Assembly: GCA_964291625.2 (NCBI GenBank)
Contig: OZ220089.1
Coordinates: forward strand, 3,648,001 to 3,712,000
DNA: 64,000 nucleotides
Direction of reading: 5' to 3'
From: Candidatus Latescibacterota bacterium
Lineage (GTDB): Bacteria > Latescibacterota > UBA2968 > UBA8231
Both the position numbers and the translations under genes were made by a program. The notes beneath the pieces are model-generated. The model had not been told where the DNA came from and made no database searches. It saw only the letters and a list, made by a program, of their open reading frames with translations. Shown one piece after another: positions 27,736-37,717 of this stretch; the stretch's first letter is position 1; each line of letters opens with the position of its first letter.

Positions 27736-28965
27736 TCAATCAGAGGCTTGGCGTAGATCTTGCCTAAGCTCCCAGAAGGCTCCCTCCTCTGCAACAAGCT
27801 CAACCAGCATCTGTGCGGAACTGTAGAACCGGTCCTCTTGATCTTCGCACGTCTCTGTTCCAGCAAGAACATCAAGCATTGGCTTTCGTATGTGTAAGGG
27901 ATGATGCAGGTTCTTCTCTGATGCACCTTCGTCAATCAAGTGATTGTAGAAATCCCATCCATCGTCTAATCCTGCTACCTTTTCCTGAAGGCTTGCTACC
28001 AAGGCTCGATAGCTCCTCTTTTCTCCATATAGCTCCAGCAAGGAATAGGAGAAGCTGATGATCAAGCAGAAATCAGGTCCTTTGTCCAGATCAAGCGGCT
28101 CTGTACAGTGGTCAGTTCCATCGACTAGAATCCCTACGAACAGGCCGCCTGGACCATGGTCATTGTCCTCGTCCCACAGTAGCTCCAGGCCGATTCTACC
28201 CCAGTAATCCTCTCTTCCTCGTTGGGAGGGTACAGCCAAGCGATAATCCTCTTCTATTGGTGGAAGCCTTAGGTTTAGGTTCGGTAGACGGTCGCGTGCC
28301 CCTTGCAGTACTCCCTTGAGTTGTAGCTCTCGCCTCTCCCTCCCCTCAATCCTCCCAACTAACTCCCTGATATTCTTCGTCAGGTGTCTGGTTTGGAAGT
28401 AGTACCTTATGGAGGTATGGGATATTGGAGCTGGCGGGCCCAATCCGACGCTCCGAAGTAGTTTACTGAAATCAGTAACGAGGTCTTCGGAAGTATTGTC
28501 AGGGTGCCAGTCAGAGATTATGTCACAAACGTCACTCCAACATAGACCCAGATCCGGATCTTGCTCATGCTGTTGTCGGGTGGCAGTGATCAGGACAATA
28601 TAGTGCCGATCAAAGGCTTTGCTTGCGTACTTCCTGTAACTTCGAATTTGACCTGTGTGCAGATGTCTCCAGGTCTTATGTTCAAATACAATCGCTAGCG
28701 ACTTCCCAGAGAAGAAGCACACCATGTCAGGGTACTTGCCGTCGAAATTCTCCTGGGTCTGCCATCGGCAGTTGCTGTAGTCTCCAAGGTCCCAATTGGC
28801 GCCCTCCTCCGGGATCCGCTTGATGATTGACTGCAGAAAGACCTATGCGAAATCTGGGTATCTGTTCAGGATCCAGGAAAAACCTTCGGTGAGGTAATTC
28901 TCCAATGGATCGCGATTCTCTCTAGGAGAGTATTTTCGGAGAGCTTCAAATAGGCCAGTTTCCAT
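27736..28965 (-). pseudogene. PD-(D/E)XK nuclease-like gene interrupted by one in-frame TAG
   Basis: METGLFEALRKY..PLENYLTEGF..YPDFA*VFLQ...KYPDMV...IVFEHK...GQIRSY. The TAG at 28845-28843 is in frame with ORF 27736-28725; lower GC than flanks. Confidence 0.75.
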
Positions 28966-29124
28966 CTGTTTTCCTGAGTGGGGGCGGCAGTGGTGATCGG
29001 TAAGCAATGTGGGAAGCGGGATGGAGGTTTCCTTGGGTAGGGAAGGTTCTTGCGTGTTCCTTCCATAATTCCCCAAGCAGGGGCGGTCTTGCCACCGCCT
29101 TCATTCGTGGACAACCGTCAGGCG

Positions 29125-29159
29125 ATACCATCACAGCACACAATACCATTACAGCACAC
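29125..29159 (+). repeat. 17-bp tandem duplication at the edge of the low-GC insert
   Basis: ataccatcacagcacac-a-ataccattacagcacac. Confidence 0.7.
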
Positions 29160-29965
29160 TATGGTCCCACCAACTCCGGGTACTCCTCCCCCCGCAGCAC
29201 CTCCCCCACGCCAACCGTCTCCACGTTCCCCATCCGCTCGTTCCAGTTGTCCCCCAGGCGCCGGGTGTGGCCGGGCATGAGGTGCATGATGTAGCTGCGG
29301 CGGGGGTTGTCGGTGCTGTTGCCGTAGGAGCCGTGGAAGGTCTTGCAGTGGTGGAAGTGGCAGTGCCCGGCCGGGACCTCGCAGGGCACGGGGGTCAGGT
29401 CGGCGCCAGCGGGAATACCCTCCTGGCGCAGCAGCCAGTGGGGGTCGTCGACCACGGCGTCCTCGCGGTCGTAGCGCATCGGCCACCGGTGGCTGCCGGG
29501 GACGACGTGCATGCAGCCGTTGTCGACGGTGGCGTCGTCGAGGGCGATCCAGCAGGTGCCGAGGTCGGCGGGCCCCACGTGATCCCAGAAGGTGTAGTCC
29601 TGGTGCCAGGCCAGGGCCGTCTCCTCGTCGTGGGGAGGCTTGTAGATCATCTGGTCCTCCCACATGCGCACCGGGCCGGGCATGAGCTGGTGCGCCAGGG
29701 CGCTGATGGCCGCGTTGCCGACGAGGGAGGCGAAGAGGGGGTCGCGGCGGAAGATGTTGACCACCTTGACCGAGGGCAGCTGTCCCTTGGCGCGGGACTG
29801 CTCCACGGTCTCGCCCATCAGGTGTTTGGGGAAGGGCACGCGGGCGTGGAGGATGTCCTCGATGCGCCCCTTCAGTTCCTCGATCTGCGCATCGGAGAGC
29901 ACCCGCGGGCCGGCGAGGTAGCCCTCGGCCTTGTAGTGCTCAATCTGGGCGTCGGTGAAGGGCAT
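29159..29965 (-). CDS. Phytanoyl-CoA dioxygenase (PhyH) family protein
   Basis: WHQD, WIALDDATVDNGCMHVVPGSH, FHGSYGNST..RR. Confidence 0.9.
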   Translation of the reverse strand: MPFTDAQIEHYKAEGYLAGPRVLSDAQIEELKGRIEDILHARVPFPKHLMGETVEQSRAKGQLPSVKVVNIFRRDPLFASLVGNAAISALAHQLMPGPVRMWEDQMIYKPPHDEETALAWHQDYTFWDHVGPADLGTCWIALDDATVDNGCMHVVPGSHRWPMRYDREDAVVDDPHWLLRQEGIPAGADLTPVPCEVPAGHCHFHHCKTFHGSYGNSTDNPRRSYIMHLMPGHTRRLGDNWNERMGNVETVGVGEVLRGEEYPELVGP

Positions 29966-29970
29966 GGAGA

Positions 29971-30006
29971 TCAGCTCGCGAACTCGGCTCTGACGCCAAC
30001 CCTCAT
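29971..30006 (-). pseudogene. 11-codon stub (MRVGVRAEFAS*) of a probable lost partner of the AAA_21 ATPase
   Basis: ATGA overlap with the ATPase stop; resembles the first strand of TOPRIM-like DUF4276/RloB partners. Confidence 0.35.
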
Positions 30007-31217
30007 GGGACGGCTCCGATCGCACCTTGCGCCCACAGCTCTCCAAGGCTGAAATGCTCTTGGAACCGGTCGATATCGGCCACGTTCGACGCCCTCTGGA
30101 GTCTCGTGAATCCGTCCTCTTTGTCACAGAGGATGACCTCTTGAGCCTCCAGGTGATCGAGCAGGGCTGGGGAGTGGGTAGTGACAATAACCTGGCTCCG
30201 CTCAGAGGTGGACCTCAGGATCTCCACAAGGTATCCCGCCAAGTGGGGATGCACGCCGTTCTCGGGCTCCTCGATCGTGATGAGGGAGGAGTCTTGCACG
30301 CTGCAGGTAGAGAGGACGAGCAGAGCGAGCAATCGGACGGTACCGTCTGAGACTGAAGCCGGATTGAGCGGCGCCCTGAGCTTGTCCTCCATGATCTGAA
30401 ACGCCAGCGTGTCCTCAATCGGCAGCCTTGTTGTCCTTATGTGCCTGAGTCCTGGCACAATCGCTCTCAATTCCTGGCAGATCGAAGCGCGGTCCTCCTC
30501 ACTCATCCGGTGGAGAATCGGGGCGAGCTTCTCTCCTGCGGGACCGAGGACAGGATCGGGCTCCTCCCTGTATGGTTGTCTGGCAATACTTGGGACGAAG
30601 TTGTGGAATCTCCAGCCTCGAATCTCTTCTCTGAGGATCGTAGCCGGAATAGAGAAAACCCCAACACCTACAAGAGCCAGGCGAGTTGGCTCCTGTTCAG
30701 GAACGGGGATCGTCTGACTTTCGCCGCTTCCACTGGCCGGATCGGTGACGACAACCCCCGTGCCGGCCCTCTCAAGTCCCACCGTGCTCGTCTCGCCGCA
30801 GTGCACGAACGCGGCCTTCAGGGACTCCGATTCGATGCTGGGTATCCTGTCGTCACCTCTCAAGTCCAGGACCAGTTGGTACTCCAGGGATCGTACAATG
30901 GCCAGGTCGCCCTGCCCGTCCGGATCTCCGGGCGGGGAGATTCCGAACTCCTTGTCGAGCTTCAACGACAACTGCATGGGCTTCGGCTCATGGCGCTGTC
31001 GAAGGCGCTTGTTCCTGACCTCGGCATTGCCGCCCATCTCGCTCACTGCGTAGGACACGTCATGGGTGACGGCGTTCTGCAGGAATCTCAAGGCCGAGAG
31101 CAGGTTGGTCTTTCCGGATGCGTTGGCGCCTACCACGAAGTTGAGCGGCCCCAACTCGATCGTCTCTTCCGGGGACCCAAAACTCTTGAAGCCTTCGATC
31201 TTGAGTTCAGTGATCAC
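30003..31217 (-). CDS. AAA_21/ABC-type ATPase (defence-associated type)
   Basis: IEGFKSF, GANASGKTN, SVSDGT, IEEPENGVHP, TTHSP, C-terminal LGELW..GAIG; lower GC. Confidence 0.88.
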   Translation of the reverse strand: MITELKIEGFKSFGSPEETIELGPLNFVVGANASGKTNLLSALRFLQNAVTHDVSYAVSEMGGNAEVRNKRLRQRHEPKPMQLSLKLDKEFGISPPGDPDGQGDLAIVRSLEYQLVLDLRGDDRIPSIESESLKAAFVHCGETSTVGLERAGTGVVVTDPASGSGESQTIPVPEQEPTRLALVGVGVFSIPATILREEIRGWRFHNFVPSIARQPYREEPDPVLGPAGEKLAPILHRMSEEDRASICQELRAIVPGLRHIRTTRLPIEDTLAFQIMEDKLRAPLNPASVSDGTVRLLALLVLSTCSVQDSSLITIEEPENGVHPHLAGYLVEILRSTSERSQVIVTTHSPALLDHLEAQEVILCDKEDGFTRLQRASNVADIDRFQEHFSLGELWAQGAIGAVP

Positions 31218-31239
31218 CGGTCTTGTCCCTTCACCGGCA

Positions 31240-32700
31240 TCACAGAAACGGCCAGCTCTTGTCCGGGTCATACCCCGGCAACAGCGTATCATGCCGCTGT
31301 CCCGCCACCAGCCGGTCCCCCTCCACGCAGCCCTCCGGCCGCCCCCGCAGCACGTCCACCAGCCGCTCCCGCCACGGAGCCAGTCGCGCCTCGGCGCCCT
31401 CGTCGAGGGCGAGGTCGTGCAGCTCCCGGGGATCGGCGTCGAGGTCGAAGAGGTGCTCGCGCCCGGTCTGGGAATACCAGATGTACTTGTGGCTCCCGTC
31501 CACCAGGAAGTGGTTGCCGTCGTCGTAGGCGTAGCAGCCGGAGTGCTCGCCGTGGAGGACCTCCCGCACGCCGCCGGTCTCGCCGCGCAGCACAGGGAGC
31601 AGGCTGCGGCCGGTGCACGACTCCGGCACCTCCACCCCCGCGGCGTCGAGCAGGGTGGGCATGACGTCCTGCAGTCCCACCGGCGCCGTGGGCTGGAGTC
31701 CGCCCTCCAGCTTCCAACTGCCGGGGGCCCGCACCAGGAAGGGGATGCGCGCCGAGGACTCGTAGGGCCAGGTCTTCCGGAAGAGGTGGTGGTCGCCCAG
31801 CATCTCGCCGTGGTCGGAGGTGAACACGATCAGGGTGTCGCGCAGCACCCCGCCGGAGTGCTGGAAGAGGCGGCCGAGCTGGTCGTCGATGAAGTTGATC
31901 ATGCCGTAGTAGGCGGCCCGGGCGCAGCGCATCTGGTCCTCGTCGAGATGGATGCGCGAGGCGTCGGTGCTCAGTCCCCGCCGGGGTCCGCCCAGGTCGT
32001 CGGCCCAGTCGCCCACGTCCGGCGGAGGCAGGTCGCGGTCGATGTAGCGGTCGTAGTAGAACCGGGGCGGCGTCAGGGGGGGATGGGGATCGATGAAGGA
32101 GAGGTTGAGGAAGAAGGGGCAGCTCGGGTCGCGGCGCTGGAGGAACTCCATGGCCCGGTCGATCACCCAGAAGGTGTGCATCTGCTCCTCGGGCAGGTGA
32201 TGGGGGCGTCCCACCCAGCCGTTGGACGACACGCCGTGAGCCATGCCCGGGTCGACCTCGCGGCGGCCGTGCATCTCGCGCAGCCACTTCACGTACTCGT
32301 TGTCCCCGCCCCGGGTGGAGTTGGCCAGCTGCATGTGGTCGAAGCCGTAGCGCCGGCGGTCCGGGTGCAGGTGCAGCTTGCCGATCATCTCGGTCTGGTA
32401 GCCGGCGCGGGACAGCTCCCCGGCCAGGGTGGCCGGCGGGTTCCACTCGACGCCGCCGCGGAAGCCGACGGCGCCGTTGGCCGCCGGGGCCGTGCCCGAC
32501 ATGAGGCTGCGCCGCGCCGGGATGCAGCTCGGGCTCTCGGCGTAGGCGTGGAGGAAGTGGGCGCCGGAGCGGGCCAGGGCGTCGAGGTTCGGCGTCTGCA
32601 GCGGCGCCGGGGCCACGGGGTCGGCGGCCACGCAGTCGCCGCGCTGCTGGTCGGTCATCACGAGGAGGATGTTGGGGCGCTCGTTCACGGTGGGCGGCAT
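31240..32700 (-). CDS. Sulfatase (formylglycine-dependent arylsulfatase family)
   Basis: RPNILLVMTDQQR, CIPARRSLMSG (CxPxR), GKLH, TSDHGEMLGDH. Confidence 0.92.
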   Translation of the reverse strand: MPPTVNERPNILLVMTDQQRGDCVAADPVAPAPLQTPNLDALARSGAHFLHAYAESPSCIPARRSLMSGTAPAANGAVGFRGGVEWNPPATLAGELSRAGYQTEMIGKLHLHPDRRRYGFDHMQLANSTRGGDNEYVKWLREMHGRREVDPGMAHGVSSNGWVGRPHHLPEEQMHTFWVIDRAMEFLQRRDPSCPFFLNLSFIDPHPPLTPPRFYYDRYIDRDLPPPDVGDWADDLGGPRRGLSTDASRIHLDEDQMRCARAAYYGMINFIDDQLGRLFQHSGGVLRDTLIVFTSDHGEMLGDHHLFRKTWPYESSARIPFLVRAPGSWKLEGGLQPTAPVGLQDVMPTLLDAAGVEVPESCTGRSLLPVLRGETGGVREVLHGEHSGCYAYDDGNHFLVDGSHKYIWYSQTGREHLFDLDADPRELHDLALDEGAEARLAPWRERLVDVLRGRPEGCVEGDRLVAGQRHDTLLPGYDPDKSWPFL

Positions 32701-32762
32701 CCTTGTGCAGGAGGGGGGGGAACGCGTCACAGGATAGGGCGGCGCCGAAGGGGGCGCCAAGG

Positions 32763-33611
32763 TCAGCCGGCGGCCACCCAGTGCCGGTAGAGGGGCTTCA
32801 CCGCCTCGGGCAGTTCGGCCCAGACCTCGGGCCGGATCTCGGGGGAGGCGTAGTTCTTGGCGTTCGTCTCCACCACCATGGCGGTGTGCTCGGCCGAGCC
32901 TTCCCGCGCCGGCTCGAGGTTGAGCCACCACGGGGCGTAGCGCACGACCAGGGCCACGCGGTCCTCGTCGGAGCGGTTCGGCGGCACGGCGTGCCACAGG
33001 CGGCTGTCGTAGACGAGGACGGTCCCGGCGGTCCCCACGGCGTGGGTCTCCGTCGGGTACGGGGCGTCGCGGTCGACGCCGGGCAGGGTCCCTGCCGAGG
33101 GGTTGGTCCCGAAGCGGTGGCTGCCGGGGACCAGCAGGGTGCCCCCGTTCCGAGCCGTGAAGTCGGTGAGCATCCAGATCGTCGACAGGTGCAGCAGGGC
33201 GTCGGGGTAGGGCGCCGGGATGTGGCTGGCGTTCGTCTGGTTGTAGGGCCAGTCGGAGTGCCAGTAGCCGCGGCCGCAGCCCGGGCGGTTGATGACGCAG
33301 TCGGTGGTGGTGATGCGGAAGTGCTCGCCGAAGAAGGCCCGGCAGATCGCCAGGACGCCCTCGTCGCTCAGGTAGGGGGCGAAGCCCTGGGTTTCGTTGA
33401 TGACCCCGCGCAGGCTGTCGACGCCGGTGACGCTGACGCGGTGGCCCTTGGCGCGGATGGCGGCCAGCATCGCCTCGGACTCGGCGCGGCGGCGGCCCTG
33501 GGCCTCGACTACGGCGTCGCGGATGGCAGCGGTCTCGCCCTCGGGGATGACCCCGGGCAGGAGGGTGAAGCCGTCGTGGCGGATGCGGCGCTCGGCCTCG
33601 GCGGCGTTCAT
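32763..33611 (-). CDS. PhyH family dioxygenase
   Basis: WHSDWP, IWMLTDFT..NGGTLLVPGSH, DSRLWHA; ATGA overlap with hemL. Confidence 0.88.
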   Translation of the reverse strand: MNAAEAERRIRHDGFTLLPGVIPEGETAAIRDAVVEAQGRRRAESEAMLAAIRAKGHRVSVTGVDSLRGVINETQGFAPYLSDEGVLAICRAFFGEHFRITTTDCVINRPGCGRGYWHSDWPYNQTNASHIPAPYPDALLHLSTIWMLTDFTARNGGTLLVPGSHRFGTNPSAGTLPGVDRDAPYPTETHAVGTAGTVLVYDSRLWHAVPPNRSDEDRVALVVRYAPWWLNLEPAREGSAEHTAMVVETNAKNYASPEIRPEVWAELPEAVKPLYRHWVAAG

Positions 33612-34906
33612 GGCGCGATGCGGCCGAGGACCCGGCCCGCGGCCTCGACGGTGCGGTCCACCATCTCCTCGGTGTGCCGCGTCGACAGGAAGCCGGCCTC
33701 GAAGGCGGAGGGGGCGAGGTAGATGCCCTCGTCGAGCATGCCCCGGAAGTAGCGCTGGAACAGCTCGGTGTCGGTCCGGCGCGCCTCGGCGTAGCTGCGC
33801 ACCGGCCCCGGGTGGAAGAACATCCCCACCATGGATCCGCAGTGGGCGACGGTGGCCGGCACCCCGGCTTCGGCGGCGGCCCGGCGCATGCCTTCGACCC
33901 AGCGCCGGCCGAGGGCCTCCAGGCGCTCGTAGGGGTCGGTGTCGCGCAGGTGGCGCAGGGTGGCCAGTCCCGCGGTCATGGCCAGGGGGTTGCCGGACAG
34001 GGTGCCGGCCTGGTACACGGGACCGGCCGGGGCCAGCTGCGACATCAGCTCCGCCCGGCCGCCGAAGGCGCCCACCGGCAGGCCGCCGCCGATGACCTTG
34101 GAGTAGGTGCTCAGGTCGGGGGTGATGCCGAAGCGCTCCTGGGCGCCGCCGAGGGCGACGCGGAAGCCGGTCATGACCTCGTCGAAGATCAGCAGGATGC
34201 CGTGCTCCGAGCACAGGTCGCGCACGCCCTGCAGGAAGCCCTCCTCGGGCGGCACGAGACCCATGTTGCCGGGCACCGGCTCGAGGATGACGGCCGCCAC
34301 CTTCCCGGGGCCGATGCCGTCGACGGTGCGGCGCAGCAGGTCGAGGTCGTTGAACTCGATGCTCGCCGTGCAGCGGGCCACGTCGCCGGGCACGCCGGGG
34401 GAGCCGGAGATGCCGAAGGTGGCCACGCCCGAGCCGGCCTCCACCAGCAGGCCGTCGGAGTGGCCGTGGTAGCAGCCGTTGAACTTGATCACGTGGTCGC
34501 GGCCGGTGACGCCCCGGGCCAGGCGCAGGGCCGTCATGCACGCCTCGGTGCCGGAGTTGACCATGCGCACCATCTCCACCGAGGGCACGATCTCGCAGAT
34601 CAGCTCGGCCATCTCCACCTCGATGTCGGTGGGGGCGCCGAAGCTGGTGCCGCGCCCGAGGACGCCCCCCAGGGCCTCGACGACCACGGCCGGCCGGTGG
34701 CCGAGGATCAGGGGCCCCCAGGAGCCGACGTAGTCGATGTAGCGGTTGCCGTCGGCGTCGACGATCTCGGCGCCGTCCCCGTCGCGGATGAAGAGGGGCT
34801 CGCCGCCGACGGCCTGGAAGGCGCGCACGGGACTGTTGACGCCTCCGGGAATCACCCGGGCGGCACGGTCGTAGAGGGAGGCGGAAGTCGACTGGGAACG
34901 GGACAT
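33608..34906 (-). CDS. hemL: Glutamate-1-semialdehyde 2,1-aminomutase
   Basis: IPGGVNSPVRAF, YIDYVGSWGPLILGH, NSGTEA, CYHGHSD, FDEVMTGFR, SKVIGGGLPVGA, YQAGTLSGNP. Confidence 0.96.
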   Translation of the reverse strand: MSRSQSTSASLYDRAARVIPGGVNSPVRAFQAVGGEPLFIRDGDGAEIVDADGNRYIDYVGSWGPLILGHRPAVVVEALGGVLGRGTSFGAPTDIEVEMAELICEIVPSVEMVRMVNSGTEACMTALRLARGVTGRDHVIKFNGCYHGHSDGLLVEAGSGVATFGISGSPGVPGDVARCTASIEFNDLDLLRRTVDGIGPGKVAAVILEPVPGNMGLVPPEEGFLQGVRDLCSEHGILLIFDEVMTGFRVALGGAQERFGITPDLSTYSKVIGGGLPVGAFGGRAELMSQLAPAGPVYQAGTLSGNPLAMTAGLATLRHLRDTDPYERLEALGRRWVEGMRRAAAEAGVPATVAHCGSMVGMFFHPGPVRSYAEARRTDTELFQRYFRGMLDEGIYLAPSAFEAGFLSTRHTEEMVDRTVEAAGRVLGRIAP

Positions 34907-35141
34907 GTGGAGGAGGTCCTTCGGTTGGCCGGATCGGCGTGGAAGCCCTGAAGCTACGGAGCCCCGCGGGCCCCGGACAGAGCCGCCCGGACTCCGTGAC
35001 AGGGACCGGGGCCGTGGCTACATTCGGCGAGGTTCCCGTCGCGGCCCGGCGCCTCCCAGCCGCTCAAGGAGTGCCACCGCCGGCCGCGACCCGGCTGCCG
35101 CGGCCTCCCTCATCAAGCCTTCTGCGACCGCCCATTCCCTG

Positions 35142-36533
35142 ATGGCAAGGATCTCCCTGCGCTCCCGCGCCTGGCACGGCGACACCGACATCGAGCTGGC
35201 CGTGCCCGACGCCTGGAGCGTCGAGGTCCTGCCTCCGGCGGACGCTCCCGAGCTCGGCGAGGAGGAGTTGGCCCGCGCCCTGCAGGAGCCCACCGCAGGT
35301 CCGACCCTGGGAGAAGCCGCCCGCGGCAGGGAGACGGCGCTCATCGTCGTCGACGACCTCGGCCGGCCGACGCCGGCCCACCGCATCGTCCCCCACCTGC
35401 TGAAGACCCTGGCCGAGGCCGGTGTGCCCGAGGGCGGCATCTCCTTTCTCGTGGCCACCGGCTCCCACCGGCCGCTCACGGACGAGGAGAAGGAGCGCAA
35501 GCTGGGGGCCGAGGTCTGCCGCCGGTACCCCGTCCACTGCCACGACGCCTTCGGCCCGGACCTGCGCGACCTCGGGCGGCTGCCCTCCGGCATGCCGGTG
35601 ATCGTCAACGGCCGGGTGGTGGATGCCGGAATCGCCATCGGCGTCAGCTGCGTCCTGCCCCACACCATGACCGGCTTCAGCGGCGGATGCAAGATCCTGC
35701 TGCCCGGGTGCGCCGGGATCCTCAGCATCGCCGAGCTGCACAGCTTCGAGGCCAAGCGTCCCCGCGGCGGCACCGAGCCGGCCACGCGCCGCCCGGACGC
35801 CCGCGAGGTGATTGAGGCCTTCGCCGAGCGCGCCGGCCTCGACTTCTCCGTGAACGTGGTGGTCAACTCCCGGCGGCAGATCGCCGCCGTCGCCGCCGGC
35901 GAACCGGGCCCCGCCCACGCCGCCGCCGTGGAGCGGGCCAGACGGATCTACCGCACCGAGATCCCGGAGGAACTGCGCCGGCAGGCGGACCTGGTCATCG
36001 CCAACGCCTACCCCCTCGACGCCGATCCCGTGCAGGTCTCCAAGTCCCAGTGGCCGCGGCGGGTCTTCCCCGAGGCGCGGCTGGTCCTCCACGACGCCGC
36101 CTGCGACGGCATCGCCTACCACGGCTGGAGCGAGTTCCAGAAGGCCTCGGTGCTCAACATGCTCTGCGGCGCCGTCAGCCAGGCGCGCACCGACGGCTGT
36201 TGCCCGGGCCTGGTGGGGACCCTGCTCGGCCTGGCCCCCTTGCGCGAGCTGGGCCACCGGCGGCTGCGGCGCGAGGCCGAGCGGACCGACGTCAGCTACC
36301 GCGCCTACGAGGAGGGGCGGGGCACCATCCGCCGCAACACGGCGGCCAAGCGGGTCATGGCGCGGCGGGGACCCCTGGTGCTCTGCTCGGAGGGCTTCCC
36401 GGAGTGGAAGCGGCGGATCCAGTTCCCGAAGGCGGGGCTGTACCGGTCGTGGGAATCCCTGGCGGCGGACCTGCCGGCGGACAATCTGCGGGTGGCCGTG
36501 CTGCCTTGCGCGCCGCTGCAGATCCCGGCGTAG
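35142..36533 (+). CDS. LarA-like nickel-pincer racemase/epimerase (DUF2088)
   Basis: IVVDDLGRPTP, ATGSHR, PH..GFSGGCKILLPG. Confidence 0.82.
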   Translation: MARISLRSRAWHGDTDIELAVPDAWSVEVLPPADAPELGEEELARALQEPTAGPTLGEAARGRETALIVVDDLGRPTPAHRIVPHLLKTLAEAGVPEGGISFLVATGSHRPLTDEEKERKLGAEVCRRYPVHCHDAFGPDLRDLGRLPSGMPVIVNGRVVDAGIAIGVSCVLPHTMTGFSGGCKILLPGCAGILSIAELHSFEAKRPRGGTEPATRRPDAREVIEAFAERAGLDFSVNVVVNSRRQIAAVAAGEPGPAHAAAVERARRIYRTEIPEELRRQADLVIANAYPLDADPVQVSKSQWPRRVFPEARLVLHDAACDGIAYHGWSEFQKASVLNMLCGAVSQARTDGCCPGLVGTLLGLAPLRELGHRRLRREAERTDVSYRAYEEGRGTIRRNTAAKRVMARRGPLVLCSEGFPEWKRRIQFPKAGLYRSWESLAADLPADNLRVAVLPCAPLQIPA

Positions 36534-36547
36534 CAGACTCCCTCCGG

Positions 36548-37717
36548 CTACTCCATCAGCGTCGCGGTATCCCGCCATCCCAGGACGGTTCCGTGGGCGC
36601 GGTCCTGGCGCTCCTCGCCTCCGTAGACCAGGTAGTAGTCCTGCTCCATGGGCAGACCCGCCGCCAGCTTCCGGTAGTAGCGCAGGCCCTTGAACTGGTC
36701 CGTCCCCAGCGTCGTTCCCGCCTTGATCTCGACCACCTGCCGCCGGCCCCCCCTTTCGTAGAGCAGGTCCAGCTCGTTGCCGGTGTTGTCCCGCCAGAAG
36801 TAGAGGTCGGGACGGCGGCCGGCGTTGACGTGCTCCTTGATGATCTCGGAGATGACCCAGTTCTCGAAGATCGCCCCGCGCAGGTAGTGGGTGGCGAGCT
36901 GTGCGGCGGACTCCAGACGCAGGAGCGAGCAGAGCAGGCCCGTGTCATGGAAGTAGAGCCTGGGCGACTTGATTAGGCGCTTGGAGAAATTCTCGTGGTG
37001 CGGAGGCAGCAGGAAGGCGATGTAGCTGGCTTCGAGGACCGAGATCCAGGCGCGCACCGTCTTGTAGTTGATCCCCAGGTCGTTGCCGAGGCCGCTCAGG
37101 TCGAGCAACTGTCCAACCCTTCCGGCGCAGGCCATCAGGAAGCGCTGGAAGGCGCCCAGGTCGCCGATGTTGCGCAGGCTCCTCACGTCGCGCTCGACGT
37201 AGGTCTGGATGTAGGCAGGGTAGTAGTCGGGGGGGTCGATGCCCCGGTCGTAGAGGACCGGGTAACCCCCCCTGAACAGGCTCTCGTCCAGGCTGGCGGC
37301 GGCGCCGGCTCCAAGCTCCCGCCGGGAGAAGGGCAGCAGCGTCAGCGGCGCCACGCGGCCGGCCAGGGACTGGCTCACCTGCTCCATGAGGAGGAAGTTC
37401 TGCGAGCCGGTGAGGACGAACTGCCCCATGGTGCCGCGCTCGTCCACCAGGACCTGCAGGTAGGAGAACAGGGGTGGCACCTTCTGCGCCTCGTCGATGA
37501 TCAGCCCCCGGTCTCCGTACTGCTCCAGGAAGCGCCGCGGATCCTCCTCCGCGGCGGAACGATCGTCGAGCCGCTCGAGATTGACGTAGGCGTAGTCCGG
37601 GAAGATGCCGCGCACGAGGGTGGTCTTGCCCGACTGGCGCGGTCCGGAGACCGAGAGGATCGGATAGAGTCCGGCCAGCTTCTGGAGGTGAGGGCCTAGA
37701 TGACGTCGAACGCGCAT
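36548..37717 (-). CDS. AAA_14 ATPase with DUF4143 and C-terminal PD-(D/E)XK-like domain
   Basis: GPRQSGKTT, IIDEAQK, TGSQ, SLAGRV, PRLYFHDTGL, ELDLL...VEIK. Confidence 0.92.
   Translation of the reverse strand: MRVRRHLGPHLQKLAGLYPILSVSGPRQSGKTTLVRGIFPDYAYVNLERLDDRSAAEEDPRRFLEQYGDRGLIIDEAQKVPPLFSYLQVLVDERGTMGQFVLTGSQNFLLMEQVSQSLAGRVAPLTLLPFSRRELGAGAAASLDESLFRGGYPVLYDRGIDPPDYYPAYIQTYVERDVRSLRNIGDLGAFQRFLMACAGRVGQLLDLSGLGNDLGINYKTVRAWISVLEASYIAFLLPPHHENFSKRLIKSPRLYFHDTGLLCSLLRLESAAQLATHYLRGAIFENWVISEIIKEHVNAGRRPDLYFWRDNTGNELDLLYERGGRRQVVEIKAGTTLGTDQFKGLRYYRKLAAGLPMEQDYYLVYGGEERQDRAHGTVLGWRDTATLME

Noticed and set aside
13360-28845. Several in-frame TAG codons suggesting amber recoding
   Set aside because: They replace different expected residues, two lie in otherwise decayed IS remnants, and TAG is used as a normal stop in intact genes.
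34920-35110. GC-rich inverted repeats between hemL and the LarA-like gene
   Set aside because: No recognisable riboswitch motif or second copy; such hairpins are expected at this GC content.
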